Of a DNA stretch of 64,000 nucleotides, positions 1-9,583 are shown piece by piece. The DNA lies in the NCBI GenBank assembly GCA_045616265.1, contig JAZLGK010000211.1, forward strand, positions 5,056 through 69,055, given 5' to 3'. A model generated the notes under the pieces. The model saw only the letters and a program-made list of their open reading frames with translations, ran no database searches and had not been told where the DNA came from. How positions within the stretch are numbered: position 1 is the stretch's first letter; every line of letters begins with the position of its first letter. The position numbers were made by a program, and so were the translations under genes. Source of the stretch: Candidatus Limivicinus sp. (lineage in GTDB: Bacteria > Bacillota > Clostridia > Oscillospirales > Oscillospiraceae).

Positions 1-7
1 CGCTTCC

Positions 8-1861
8 ATGCTGCAGGAAGTCCGAAAGGACCCGAACTTCCGCGCTCTGGGAACGGATGAGATCAACCGCCGGTGTGAGGAAGCGGCCGCTCAGGCGAGA
101 GCCGAAGCGGAGGAAAAGTATTCCAATGTCGGTGATATCGACAGCACCGCGCTGGAAGCAAGGATCGAAGCGCTCGAAGACGCGATCGTCTCCTTTGAAA
201 CGCTCGAAGAAAAAGAGAAAGAAACCTATGCGGAGCTGTGTGCTAAGCTTCAGGATACGGTCGATGACTGGACTTCCCTTACGGCGGATAAGGAAGATGA
301 CGGCATCTGGGAAGCGATGACCGCCGAAGTGGAAGAGCTCGGCGATTATGAATATGCAAAGAAGGGCTTTGTCTCCTTTGCAGCGGCACAGGTAAAAGCG
401 GAAGAGGAAGCAAAAGCCGCAGCGGAAGAGGCGGCGGAGGCTTCCGAAACGGAAACCGTATCCGAAGAGTCCGCACAGGAAGAAACGGTTGATTACAGCT
501 TTTTCACGGCGTCTGAGGAGCTGGATTCTCTGGATGCCGAGGTGCAGAAGGTATATGACGATCTCTATGCGGAGCTTGTCGCGGCGATTCCCGATCTGAA
601 AAGTCTGGACAAGAAGATGCAGAAGTCGGTTCGTGCGGATATAGAAAGCATTATTGCCTCTGTCAATGACAGCTTTCCTGTTCGTTATGCCGCCTATACC
701 AAGGAAGAGGCAGACAGTATTCTGTCCGAAAAAGACGCGAAGAGTCTGAAACTCGCGTCCAATGCTGAAAACTTCCTCCTTTTAGGTATCGCGGCGCTGC
801 TTCTGGCGGTTCTGTATACATTCTGGAAGCCGATCACGGCAAAGATGGGTGTCCCGCGTTCCATCATTCTGCTGTTCTTTATCTATCTGCTGCTTGCCGC
901 ACAGTTCTACAAGCTGAATATCTCCCTGCTTTTAGGCAACGTGCTGGAGCGTGTCGGTATGTACGGCGTTCTGGTATTGGCAATGCTCCCGGGTATTCAG
1001 TGCGGTATCGGTCTCAACATGGGTATGACGATCGGATGCATTTCCGGTCTGCTGGCCACGGTCATCTCCCTGCAGTATAACATGACAGGCGTTCCGGCAC
1101 TGGTATTCTCTGTTGTGCTCGGCGCGCTGATCGCCATTCCCCTCGGATGGCTGTACGCGCTTCTGCTGAACAAGATGAAGGGGAACGAAATGACGATCTC
1201 CACCTATGTCGGCTTCTCTTTCGTTTCACTGATGTGTATCGGCTGGATGGTGCTCCCGTTCAACAACCCCAAGATCATATGGATGCTGGCAGGACACGGT
1301 CTCAGAGTTACGCACTCTCTGCTCGGCTCCTTTGCTCATCTGATGGACAACTTCCTGACCTTCCGGGTGTTCGGCGTCAGTATTCCGACAGGAAGTATTC
1401 TCTTCTTCCTGCTCTGCTGCCTGATCATGTGGCTTTTCAGTCGGTCGAAGACAGGTATCGCGCTCTCTGCGGTCGGCTCCAACCCGCGCTTTGCCGAAGC
1501 GAGCGGCATTAATGTTGACAAAATGCGTATCCTCGGCACGATCCTTTCCACCGTGCTTGCGGCCATCGGAATCGTGATCTATTCTCAGGCCTTCGGCTAC
1601 GCACAGCTTTATACGGCGCCCCGCCAGCTCGGCTTTATTGCAGCCAGTGCGATCCTGATCGGCGGCGCGACGGTTTCCAAAGCAAAAGTAAGCAACGTTA
1701 TAATCGGTGTACTCCTTTTTGAAGGTGTGCTCTCCATGGGACAGCAGATCGCCAATGCCGCTGTCGCCGGAGGCGGACTGAGCGAGGTTATGCGTATCAT
1801 GATATCCAACGGCATAATTCTCTATGCGCTCACACAGTCGGGAGGTGAATCTCGTGGATAA
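8..1861 (+). CDS. ABC transporter permease (BMP/simple-sugar or nucleoside type) with a ~250-aa acidic N-terminal extension; frame is open to the window edge, so it may be 5'-truncated
   Basis: The C-terminal ~350 aa is a multi-TM permease with the GSNPRFAEASGINVDKMRI motif. The N-terminus is E/A/D-rich. There is no stop codon between position 2 and the first ATG. Confidence 0.7.
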   Translation: MLQEVRKDPNFRALGTDEINRRCEEAAAQARAEAEEKYSNVGDIDSTALEARIEALEDAIVSFETLEEKEKETYAELCAKLQDTVDDWTSLTADKEDDGIWEAMTAEVEELGDYEYAKKGFVSFAAAQVKAEEEAKAAAEEAAEASETETVSEESAQEETVDYSFFTASEELDSLDAEVQKVYDDLYAELVAAIPDLKSLDKKMQKSVRADIESIIASVNDSFPVRYAAYTKEEADSILSEKDAKSLKLASNAENFLLLGIAALLLAVLYTFWKPITAKMGVPRSIILLFFIYLLLAAQFYKLNISLLLGNVLERVGMYGVLVLAMLPGIQCGIGLNMGMTIGCISGLLATVISLQYNMTGVPALVFSVVLGALIAIPLGWLYALLLNKMKGNEMTISTYVGFSFVSLMCIGWMVLPFNNPKIIWMLAGHGLRVTHSLLGSFAHLMDNFLTFRVFGVSIPTGSILFFLLCCLIMWLFSRSKTGIALSAVGSNPRFAEASGINVDKMRILGTILSTVLAAIGIVIYSQAFGYAQLYTAPRQLGFIAASAILIGGATVSKAKVSNVIIGVLLFEGVLSMGQQIANAAVAGGGLSEVMRIMISNGIILYALTQSGGESRG

Positions 1862-3140
1862 AAAAAGCATAGGCGCGCATCTCAAAAAATATGCGGTTAC
1901 ATATCTCTTTATTGCTCTGAGCGTGTTCTTTATCATCGTTTCAGGGCTGGATATGAACTATGTATGCAGTCAGCTTCTTCTGCGTCTGAACAGAAACGCC
2001 TTTATCGTTCTTGCTCTGATCATTCCGATCATTGCCGGTATGGGAATCAACTTTGCCATTACGATCGGCGCTATGGCGGCTCAGATCGGACTGCTGCTCA
2101 CCATGAACTGGAGCATCACCGGAATGAAGGGCATCCTGACGGCAGCCGCGATCACACTGCCTCTGGCTCTCCTTTTCGGCTATCTCATCGGAAAACTGCT
2201 CAACAAGATGAAGGGTCAGGAGACGATTGGCTCGATGATCCTCGGATATTTTGCCAACGGCGCATATCAGCTTCTGTTCCTGTTCATCTTCGGAAACATT
2301 ATTCCGCTCAACAGCAACGTTACCATCGTCGGCTCTACCGGTGTTCAGAACACGCTGAATCTGACCGGTGACGTCGGGCTTTATAAGGCCATCGACGGAA
2401 TCTGGCAGATCCCGTTCCTCACAGCGCTCTACATCCTCTGCGCCGTTCTGGCTGTTATGGCTGTGGTACAGTTCATCCGCAAAAAGTTCAGCAAGCAGAA
2501 AATGCTTGTTTATGTGATCGCTTCCGCGGTCATTGCCGGGATTTTCTGCCTGCCCGTGGTCAGAGATGTATTTAACGGTACAAACGGAGGAAGACAGATC
2601 ACGATCCCCATCGTGACATGGATCCTTGTCCTCTTCCTCTGCCTTTTCAACACTACGATCATGCGTACAAGGCTCGGACAGAAATTCCGCGCAGTCGGTC
2701 AGAACCGTGTCGTTGCAAACGCCAGCGGTATCAATGTGGACCGCACGAGACTGATCGCCATTATGATCTCCACCGTTCTGGCGGGCTGGGGGCAGATCAT
2801 CTTCATGCAGAGCGAGGGTATCGGTACCTTCCAGACCTATGCCGCGCATGAGCAGGTCGGTCTGTATGCGGGCGCGGCGATTCTCGTCGGCGGCGCCTCC
2901 ATTGACAGAGCAACCAATATTCAGGCGCTTCTCGGTACCTTCCTGTTCCACTCCCTCTTTATCACAGCGCAGAGCGCGGCGACCAACCTCTTCGGCGACT
3001 CTGCGATCGGCGAGTATTTCCGTGCCTTCCTCAGCTACGGCGTTATTGCAGTGGCTCTGGTCATATACGCATGGCGCGGTGTTAAGAAAGTAAAAAAAGC
3101 GACGGAAGAAAAGAACGGAGAAGATAAACAACAGGCTTGA
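1854..3140 (+). CDS. ABC transporter permease, second membrane subunit of the same system
   Basis: Multi-TM protein with the GQNRVVANASGINVDRTRL motif. GTG at 1854 is preceded by GGAGG (1841-1845) and overlaps the upstream stop. The ORF-track ATG at 1824 has no RBS. Confidence 0.75.
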   Translation: MDKKSIGAHLKKYAVTYLFIALSVFFIIVSGLDMNYVCSQLLLRLNRNAFIVLALIIPIIAGMGINFAITIGAMAAQIGLLLTMNWSITGMKGILTAAAITLPLALLFGYLIGKLLNKMKGQETIGSMILGYFANGAYQLLFLFIFGNIIPLNSNVTIVGSTGVQNTLNLTGDVGLYKAIDGIWQIPFLTALYILCAVLAVMAVVQFIRKKFSKQKMLVYVIASAVIAGIFCLPVVRDVFNGTNGGRQITIPIVTWILVLFLCLFNTTIMRTRLGQKFRAVGQNRVVANASGINVDRTRLIAIMISTVLAGWGQIIFMQSEGIGTFQTYAAHEQVGLYAGAAILVGGASIDRATNIQALLGTFLFHSLFITAQSAATNLFGDSAIGEYFRAFLSYGVIAVALVIYAWRGVKKVKKATEEKNGEDKQQA

Positions 3141-3164
3141 TTTACCCGCATTTCTCAAATAACA

Positions 3165-3207
3165 AACCTCCTGCGGCGGATAATTTATCTGCAGCAGGAG
3201 GTTTTTG
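3165..3207. terminator. Bidirectional intrinsic terminator between convergent genes
   Basis: AACCTCCTGC...GCAGGAGGTT stem followed by TTTTT, between the permease (+) and ridA (-). Confidence 0.7.
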
Positions 3208-3221
3208 TCGTTCTATGGGGC

Positions 3222-3593
3222 TTACAGCTCCGCGATGACCTCGCACTCCACAAGACAGTCCTTGGGGAGTCTTGCGACCTCAACGCAGGAACGGGCGGGG
3301 AAGGGTTCGGTGAAATACTTTGCATAGATCTCATTGACCTTGCCGAAGTCGTTCATGTCCTTGATGAACACGGTAGTTTTCACGACCTTGCTCATGTCGG
3401 AGCCTGCGGCCTTGAGAAGCTCCGTAAGATTTTTGAACACCTGATTGGCCTGTGCCTCCAGTCCTTCGACCAGCGCGCCGGTGGCGGGATCAATACCGAT
3501 CTGTCCGGAGGTGTAGACAAGGCCGTTGACGATCTGCGCCTGAGAATAGGGGCCGATGGCGGCGGGAGCGTTTTTTGTAGCTATGGTTTTCAT
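3222..3593 (-). CDS. ridA: RidA/YjgF family reactive-intermediate (enamine/imine) deaminase
   Basis: MKTIATKNAPAAIGPYSQA...VEVARLPKDCLVECEVIAEL is a classic RidA sequence. The 124-aa start at ATG 3593 fits family length; the upstream in-frame extension lacks support. Confidence 0.85.
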   Translation of the reverse strand: MKTIATKNAPAAIGPYSQAQIVNGLVYTSGQIGIDPATGALVEGLEAQANQVFKNLTELLKAAGSDMSKVVKTTVFIKDMNDFGKVNEIYAKYFTEPFPARSCVEVARLPKDCLVECEVIAEL

Positions 3594-3762
3594 TTGTTTT
3601 AGTTCCTTTCCGAAAAAACTATCGGATAAATTATAACATTTCCGGAGAAAAATACAATCTCTGTTCTGCACTTCAAAGAGAAAATGTTGTTGCTTATTTG
3701 ACGGAAATATGCGATAATTCGGATAGAGGAATTGAATATACTAATGATAAGGAAATAAAAAA

Positions 3763-4665
3763 ATGAAAATTCTGAATTTCGGTTCTCTGAATATCGACAG
3801 AGTTTACGGCGTGTCTCACATGGTCAAGCCCGGGGAGACGATCACGGCGGAAGGTCTTAATACATATGCAGGCGGTAAAGGACTCAATCAGTCCATCGCC
3901 GCAGCCAGAGCGGACGGAAAAGTTCTGCATCTGGGCGCGATCGGCAATGAGGGGGAGTTCCTTGCCGAGCTTCTCCAAAGCTCCGGCGCTGACACGGAGA
4001 ACATTTTAAGACTCGATGCACCCAGCGGCCACGCCATCATTCAGGTGGAGCCGGACGGTCAGAACTCCATCATCGTGTTCGGCGGAGCAAACCGTCTTCT
4101 GACGGAGGATTATGTTCTCTCCTGCCTCGAAAAAGGAGAAAAGGGTGACTTCGTGCTTTTGCAGAACGAGACGAGCGAAACAGCGGCTATTATCTCGGAA
4201 AGTGCCAAGCGCGGCATGACGGTCGTTTTCAATCCCTCGCCTTTCACCGAAAGCATAAAGGCTCTGCCTCTTTCCGATGTTGGAGTTTTTATAGTCAATG
4301 AGATCGAGGCGGCGGAGCTGGCCGGGATGAATGAAAACGACGAGCCGGAAACGATCCTTGCCGCTTTGAGCGAACGCTATCCCAAAGCCGAGATCGTTAT
4401 GACTCTCGGAAAGCGCGGTGCGGTGTGCAAAGCAGAGGGAGAGTGCTTTCACCAGAGTATTTTTGAGGTCAAAGCCGTGGATACTACCGCCGCCGGTGAT
4501 ACCTTCTGCGGGTATTTTCTTGCCCAGCGCTGCAAAGGCGTGGATATACCGGGAGCGCTCCGCATAGCCGCTGCCGCCTCGGCTGTCTCTGTCTCCCGCC
4601 CCGGCGCCGCACCATCTATTCCGACCATAGATGAAGTGCAGGAATTCCTGAAAAACCGGGACTGA
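3763..4665 (+). CDS. rbsK: Ribokinase (PfkB family)
   Basis: Contains GSLNIDRVY, GGKGLNQSIAAAR, VNEIEAAEL and DTTAAGDTFCGYF ribokinase motifs; 300 aa. Confidence 0.8.
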   Translation: MKILNFGSLNIDRVYGVSHMVKPGETITAEGLNTYAGGKGLNQSIAAARADGKVLHLGAIGNEGEFLAELLQSSGADTENILRLDAPSGHAIIQVEPDGQNSIIVFGGANRLLTEDYVLSCLEKGEKGDFVLLQNETSETAAIISESAKRGMTVVFNPSPFTESIKALPLSDVGVFIVNEIEAAELAGMNENDEPETILAALSERYPKAEIVMTLGKRGAVCKAEGECFHQSIFEVKAVDTTAAGDTFCGYFLAQRCKGVDIPGALRIAAAASAVSVSRPGAAPSIPTIDEVQEFLKNRD

Positions 4666-4743
4666 TAATTAATTAACACATATATCGGCAAATTGCACCA
4701 AAACAGGATGGTTTTTTTGGTTAAAAAGCCTTGCAATAAATTC

Positions 4744-4772
4744 TTGACCATTTGCTGATAAAAAAGTAAAAT
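4744..4772 (+). promoter_or_regulatory. Sigma-A-type promoter for the rhamnose-type ABC operon
   Basis: TTGACC, 17-nt spacer, TAAAAT, about 75 nt upstream of the SBP start. Confidence 0.5.
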
Positions 4773-4846
4773 ATTAATTGCTATACTGTGTGATATGCGG
4801 GAAACCGCAAAAAATAGATATCACAGAAAAAGAAAGGATGTCAAAA

Positions 4847-5845
4847 ATGAAAAAGTTTCTGGCAGTAGTTCTGGCAGTTGCAATGGTTCTCACCCTCGGC
4901 GTGACCGCTTTTGCAGCTGACGAGTACGAAATCGTTGTAGTCCCCAAGGATTCCTCCAACCCCTGGTTCGTCCGCATGAATGCCGGCGTAGATGAGTATG
5001 CCGAGCTCAATGAGGATCATGAGATCTACCAGAAGGGCACCGATGTTATCGATGCTACCAAGCAGGCACAGCTCGTTGAAGACCTTGTTGCTCAGGGTGT
5101 TGACGCTATCTGCGTTGTCCCTGTTGACATTGAGTCCATGGACGCTGCTCTCAAGAAGGCAAAGGATGCCGGCATCGTTGTTGTTGCACACGAAGGTGCT
5201 GCACTGACCAACGTCGACTATGATATCGAAGCTTTCTCCAACTCCGCATACGGCGCATTCATTATGGATAACCTCGCTCAGGCAATGGGCGAAGAGGGCG
5301 TTTACACCACCATGGTCGCTGACCTGACCAACGGCTCCCACAATGAGTGGGCAGACGGCGGCGTTGCTCACCAGCTTGAGAAGTACCCCAACATGAAGCT
5401 CCTTGAGGCCAACCCCCGCGTTGAGTCCCACGACAACGGCGACACCGCATACAACGTGGCAAAAGAGCTGTTCAAGACCTATCCCGAACTCAAGGGTATC
5501 ATGGGCACCTCCTCCTTCGATGCTCCGGGCGTTGCACGTGCAATCGAAGAGCTTGGTCTCGTTGACAAAGCATTCACTTCCGGCACCGGTATGCCCGCTG
5601 ACAATGCAGAGCTTCTGAAGTCCGGCGTTGTCAAGTCTCTGACTCTGTGGGATCCCGCACTGGCAGGACAGGCAATGGTCTCCCTGGCAATCAAGCTCCT
5701 CAACGGTGAAGAACTGGGCGATGTCGTTGACCTCGGCGTTGACGGCTACACCGAACTCAAGCTCCGCGAAGGTTCCGAGACTGTTCTCGAAGGACAGGGC
5801 TGGGTCACCATCGATGCAGAGAACGTTGATTCCTTCGGCTTCTGA
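4847..5845 (+). CDS. Sugar ABC transporter substrate-binding protein (RhaS/LsrB-like), secreted or lipid-anchored
   Basis: Signal peptide MKKFLAVVLAVAMVLTLGVTAFA followed by a periplasmic-binding-protein type I fold sequence. ATG 4847 has AAAGG about 9 nt upstream. The gene heads an SBP-ATPase-permease-permease operon next to rhaA. Confidence 0.75.
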   Translation: MKKFLAVVLAVAMVLTLGVTAFAADEYEIVVVPKDSSNPWFVRMNAGVDEYAELNEDHEIYQKGTDVIDATKQAQLVEDLVAQGVDAICVVPVDIESMDAALKKAKDAGIVVVAHEGAALTNVDYDIEAFSNSAYGAFIMDNLAQAMGEEGVYTTMVADLTNGSHNEWADGGVAHQLEKYPNMKLLEANPRVESHDNGDTAYNVAKELFKTYPELKGIMGTSSFDAPGVARAIEELGLVDKAFTSGTGMPADNAELLKSGVVKSLTLWDPALAGQAMVSLAIKLLNGEELGDVVDLGVDGYTELKLREGSETVLEGQGWVTIDAENVDSFGF

Positions 5846-5884
5846 TTCCCGTTCGCAAAACTAATCTAAGAAATAAAAACCTCT

Positions 5885-5918
5885 GGCCGATCTCCCTTTC
5901 GGGGGAGGTCGGCTTTTA
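5885..5918 (+). terminator. Intrinsic terminator or attenuator after the SBP gene
   Basis: GCCGATCTCCC / GGGAGGTCGGC stem (one G-U pair) followed by TTTT. Confidence 0.6.
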
Positions 5919-6007
5919 GGTTGGTGGAGGGATACTGTGATAGATCACAGTATATTCCAAAAGCCGTCAGGCTCGCCGCTGATGCGGCAACCGCCTGACA
6001 TGGCAAA

Positions 6008-6069
6008 AAATCCTCCATGCGGGAGGATTTACAAAACCAATTTGTGCGGTAACTCCGCATGGAGGATTT
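6008..6069 (+). promoter_or_regulatory. Alternative RNA pairing that can sequester the ATPase SD (decoy-SD arrangement)
   Basis: AAATCCTCCATGCGG (6008-6022) is a perfect 15-nt complement of CCGCATGGAGGATTT (6055-6069), which contains the SD. The same 5' arm can instead pair locally with GGAGGATTT at 6022-6030. Confidence 0.4.
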
Positions 6070-6071
6070 AT

Positions 6072-7556
6072 ATGCCACAGTCACTTTTAAAAGCGGTCGG
6101 TATCAGCAAGTCTTTTGCTGCTGTCCACGCACTGAAAAACGTCTCTCTGGAGATCCAGCCCGGTGAGATCCACTGTCTGGCGGGAGAGAACGGATGCGGA
6201 AAGTCCACATTGATAAAAATTATCTCCGGCGTCTATCAGATGGACTCCGGTTATATTGAATTCAACGGAAAGAAACTCACAAAGTTTACTCCCTCCGAGG
6301 CCATTGCCCTCGGAATACAGGTTATCTATCAGGATTTTGCGGTTTTCCCCAACCTCACGGTCATGGAAAACCTCGCGATCAATACCGAGCTTGCGGCGAA
6401 CCGCAAGCTTGTTAACTGGAAAAGAATGCGCAGAATTGCGGAGGAAGCCATAGCCAAGATCGGTTTTCAGGTCGATCTGGACACGCTGGTCGGCTCGCTG
6501 TCCGTTGCGGAAAAGCAGATGGTCGCCATATGCCGTGCGCTCATGTCTGATGCAAAGCTTATCATCATGGATGAGCCTACCACCGCCCTTACCAAGAAAG
6601 AGGTCAAGGCTCTCTTTGACATCATCCTCAAGCTCAAGGCACAGGGCATTGCAATTCTGTTTGTAAGCCATAAATTAAACGAAGTATTTGAAATTTCGGA
6701 GAGATTTACGATCTTCCGCAGCGGCGAACTGGTCGTCACCGGCTCCACCAGGGATCTCGATGATAAAAAGTTTACCTACTACATGACCGGCCGTGAATTT
6801 GAAAGCCGTATCTTTAAACCCGAAAAGCTCTCCGAAAAACCCGTGTTTGAGCTGCAGGGACTGGGCTTGAAGGGCTATTTCAACGACATCAATCTCTCTG
6901 TCCGCGGCGGTGAAATTCTCGGTATCACGGGTCTTCTGGACTCCGGGCGAACCGAGCTTGCCCTCGCCATGTTCGGTCTGAAAAAGACCGACACCGGCAA
7001 GATCCTCCGGGACGGCAAAGAGGTCAGAATCACCTGCCCGCGCGACGCTATCAAGGTCGGGATCGGTTATGTGCCCGAAGACCGGCTATCCGAGGGCCTG
7101 TTTCTGCCGCAGCAGATCGGCGACAACATCATTGTCTCCGAATTGGATAAACTGAGCGGCCCCGCAGGAACCTTTGACAGCAAAAAGGCGGATGAGGAAA
7201 AACAGAACTGGGTCAATGAACTGGAGATCAAGACGCTCGATCACCACAACGCGGCTTCCACGCTCTCCGGCGGCAACCAGCAGAGGATCGTCCTCGCCAA
7301 GTGGATGGCGGTCAAGCCGGATGTGCTGATCCTCAACGGCCCCACAGTGGGTGTTGATATCGGCTCCAAGCATGATATTCACGCTATTTTGCAGAAGCAG
7401 GCCAAAGAAGGCATGGCGGTCATCATCATTTCCGATGACCTGCCTGAAATTCTCCAGAACTGTTCGCGCATTATTGTTATCAAAGAAGGCCGATTTGTTG
7501 CGGAAATGAACGCCGAGGATGCATCCGAGAGCGCGATCCTCGATAAGATGATGTAA
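6072..7556 (+). CDS. Sugar ABC transporter ATP-binding protein (two fused NBDs)
   Basis: Walker A GENGCGKST, signature LSVAEKQ / LSGGNQQR and Walker B IIMDEPT / LILNGPT. ATG 6072 has GGAGGA at 6061-6066; the longer ORF-track start lacks an RBS. Confidence 0.9.
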   Translation: MPQSLLKAVGISKSFAAVHALKNVSLEIQPGEIHCLAGENGCGKSTLIKIISGVYQMDSGYIEFNGKKLTKFTPSEAIALGIQVIYQDFAVFPNLTVMENLAINTELAANRKLVNWKRMRRIAEEAIAKIGFQVDLDTLVGSLSVAEKQMVAICRALMSDAKLIIMDEPTTALTKKEVKALFDIILKLKAQGIAILFVSHKLNEVFEISERFTIFRSGELVVTGSTRDLDDKKFTYYMTGREFESRIFKPEKLSEKPVFELQGLGLKGYFNDINLSVRGGEILGITGLLDSGRTELALAMFGLKKTDTGKILRDGKEVRITCPRDAIKVGIGYVPEDRLSEGLFLPQQIGDNIIVSELDKLSGPAGTFDSKKADEEKQNWVNELEIKTLDHHNAASTLSGGNQQRIVLAKWMAVKPDVLILNGPTVGVDIGSKHDIHAILQKQAKEGMAVIIISDDLPEILQNCSRIIVIKEGRFVAEMNAEDASESAILDKMM

Positions 7557-7568
7557 GGAGGCAAGGGT

Positions 7569-8591
7569 ATGGGAAAAACATTAAAAAAGCTCACCCGCAA
7601 GAGTGAATTCTATACTTTCCTTCTGATCGTAGTGCTCGCCATTGCCATAGAGCTGGCTTCCGGACAGTTCTTTACGGCGAACAACTTTGTGGACATTCTC
7701 TCCGCCATGATCGTCCCGGGACTTTTTGCCATTGCGGAATTCATGGTGCTTGTCTCCGGCGGTATTGACGTCTCTTTCCCCGCCGCCGCATCTCTCACCA
7801 TCTATGCTACCACCAAGATCCTTCTGGACAAGGGCTATGAGGGCGGAATTCTCCTGCCTCTTGTTATGGTCATTGTCATGGGCGCTCTTTTAGGCGCCTT
7901 CAACGGCTTTCTGATCGGTTATATGAACCTCACGCCGATGATCGTCACGCTCGGCGCGTCCTCCGTGTTCAAGGGGCTCATGCAGGGCGCTCTCAACTCC
8001 AAGCAGCTGGCGGTCATCCCGGCAGGTATGAAAAAATTCGGCGTGGACGCGCTGTTTGTCTCCACCAACCCCGTCTCCGGTCTCACATCCAAGATGCCGA
8101 TGACGTTTATTATTTTCGTGGTTGCGCTGATATTGGCATATTTCCTGCTGAAATACACCTTCTTCGGCCGTGCGATCTACGCTATCGGCGGCAATCCCCA
8201 GAGCGCGCGCTGCGCCGGTTATAAGGTCGAACGTACAAAGTTCCTTGTCTATGTCATAAGCGGCGCTGTCGCGGGGATCGGCGGTCTGTGCCGTGTCTGC
8301 GTTATGCAGCAGTGTCACCCCACCAATATGCTCGGCATGGAAATGAATGTTATTGCCGGCGTTGTTCTCGGCGGAACGGCGATTACCGGCGGTTCCGGTT
8401 CTCTGGCGGGCTGCTTCCTCGGTACAGCGCTGATCGTTATGGTTGAGAACTCCATGATCATGCTCGGTATTCCCACCACATGGAAAAATGTCTTCACCGG
8501 TGCGCTGATCGTCATCGGCGTCGGCATCAGCGCCATGCAGGTAAAGAGGGCTGAAAAATCCGCAGAGCTTGCCAGAAAGGAGAGAGCATAA
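7569..8591 (+). CDS. Sugar ABC transporter permease (ribose/rhamnose type)
   Basis: Multi-TM protein with GGIDVS and GGNPQSARCAGYKV permease motifs; RBS AAGGAGG upstream. Confidence 0.85.
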   Translation: MGKTLKKLTRKSEFYTFLLIVVLAIAIELASGQFFTANNFVDILSAMIVPGLFAIAEFMVLVSGGIDVSFPAAASLTIYATTKILLDKGYEGGILLPLVMVIVMGALLGAFNGFLIGYMNLTPMIVTLGASSVFKGLMQGALNSKQLAVIPAGMKKFGVDALFVSTNPVSGLTSKMPMTFIIFVVALILAYFLLKYTFFGRAIYAIGGNPQSARCAGYKVERTKFLVYVISGAVAGIGGLCRVCVMQQCHPTNMLGMEMNVIAGVVLGGTAITGGSGSLAGCFLGTALIVMVENSMIMLGIPTTWKNVFTGALIVIGVGISAMQVKRAEKSAELARKERA

Positions 8592-9583
8592 TGGAAACGA
8601 TCAAGAGAGTGTATAACAAAAACCGTCAGGTTTACCGCATCCTTCTCATTATTGCCCTGTGGCTCATCTTCATGGCTCTCACCAAGCCCAAGAAATTTTA
8701 TTCCTTCAAGAACTTCCAGACCATTGCCAGCCAGTTCCCGGAATACGGGCTGATGGCTCTCGGCTGTATGCTGTGTATGATGACCGGCGGCATTGACCTG
8801 AGCTGTGTCGGTGTTGCAAATCTTACCTCGATCCTTGTTGTCAATATGCTGATCGCCCGTTTCGGGGAAGAAGGCTCCATGCCTTTGAGCTATACCTTCG
8901 TTATGTTCGGTGCGGCGATCCTGATCGGTGCGGCTGCAGGCGCGTTCAACGGCTTTCTGATATCGACCGTTGGTGTTCCGCCGATTCTGGCGACGCTGGG
9001 CGTCAATGAACTTCTCACCGGTATCAGCATCGTTCTCACAGGCGGCAGCCCTGTGTCCTCCTTCCCCAAGGAGTTCTGCGAGCTGTTTTCGGAGAACATC
9101 GGCGGTATTGTCCCCGTGAGACTGGTGCTGTTCATCCTTGTGGCGCTGATTATCTGGTTCATGCTGGAAAAGACGAGCTATGGCCTCAAAATCAAGCTCC
9201 TGGGCACCAATCAGAATGTCTCCCGTTTTTCCGGTCTTAACAATTCCGGTCTTCTCATTCGGACTTATCTTAGCTCCGGCGTCTGCTCCGCACTCGGCGG
9301 GATGCTGATGATGTCCAACTATGCCTCCGTCCGTGCCGATTACGGCTCCCAGTACACCATGCAGGCGATCCTGATCGTCGTTCTCGGCGGCGTAAGCCCT
9401 AACGGCGGTACCGGCCGGATGTCCGGTGTTATTACAGCTATTGTTCTGCTTAAGCTTCTGGAATCCGGAATCAACCGTTTCCACAATATTTCCAGCTATT
9501 ATATCTCCCTGATTTGGGGTGCAGTCCTGATCCTTGCGCTGATTATGGACTATTTCTCCACCGGGCAGAATAAAAAGACTTAA
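8591..9583 (+). CDS. Sugar ABC transporter permease (second subunit)
   Basis: Multi-TM protein with GGIDLS and GTNQNVSRFSGLN motifs; ATG overlaps the upstream stop (TAATG). Confidence 0.85.
   Translation: METIKRVYNKNRQVYRILLIIALWLIFMALTKPKKFYSFKNFQTIASQFPEYGLMALGCMLCMMTGGIDLSCVGVANLTSILVVNMLIARFGEEGSMPLSYTFVMFGAAILIGAAAGAFNGFLISTVGVPPILATLGVNELLTGISIVLTGGSPVSSFPKEFCELFSENIGGIVPVRLVLFILVALIIWFMLEKTSYGLKIKLLGTNQNVSRFSGLNNSGLLIRTYLSSGVCSALGGMLMMSNYASVRADYGSQYTMQAILIVVLGGVSPNGGTGRMSGVITAIVLLKLLESGINRFHNISSYYISLIWGAVLILALIMDYFSTGQNKKT

Noticed and set aside
1941-3158. Long antisense ORF (405 aa) opposite the permease gene. Similar cases are 8315-9484(-), 9608-10591(-), 10840-12045(+), 13115-14182(+), 15860-17062(+), 34680-35702(+), 37729-39315(+), 41794-42747(+), 45274-46065(+), 52119-53084(+), 56122-56895(-), 58655-59314(-) and 60621-61694(-).
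   Set aside because: These are shadow ORFs typical of GC-rich coding DNA. Their translations are low-complexity (R/G/A/H-rich), have no recognisable motifs or RBS, and each lies fully inside a confidently assigned gene on the other strand.
5937-6071. N-terminal 45-aa extension of the ABC ATPase ORF in the track.
   Set aside because: It has no RBS. The region is occupied by hairpins and the decoy-SD structure, and ATG 6072 has a GGAGGA SD and gives the canonical ATPase N-terminus.
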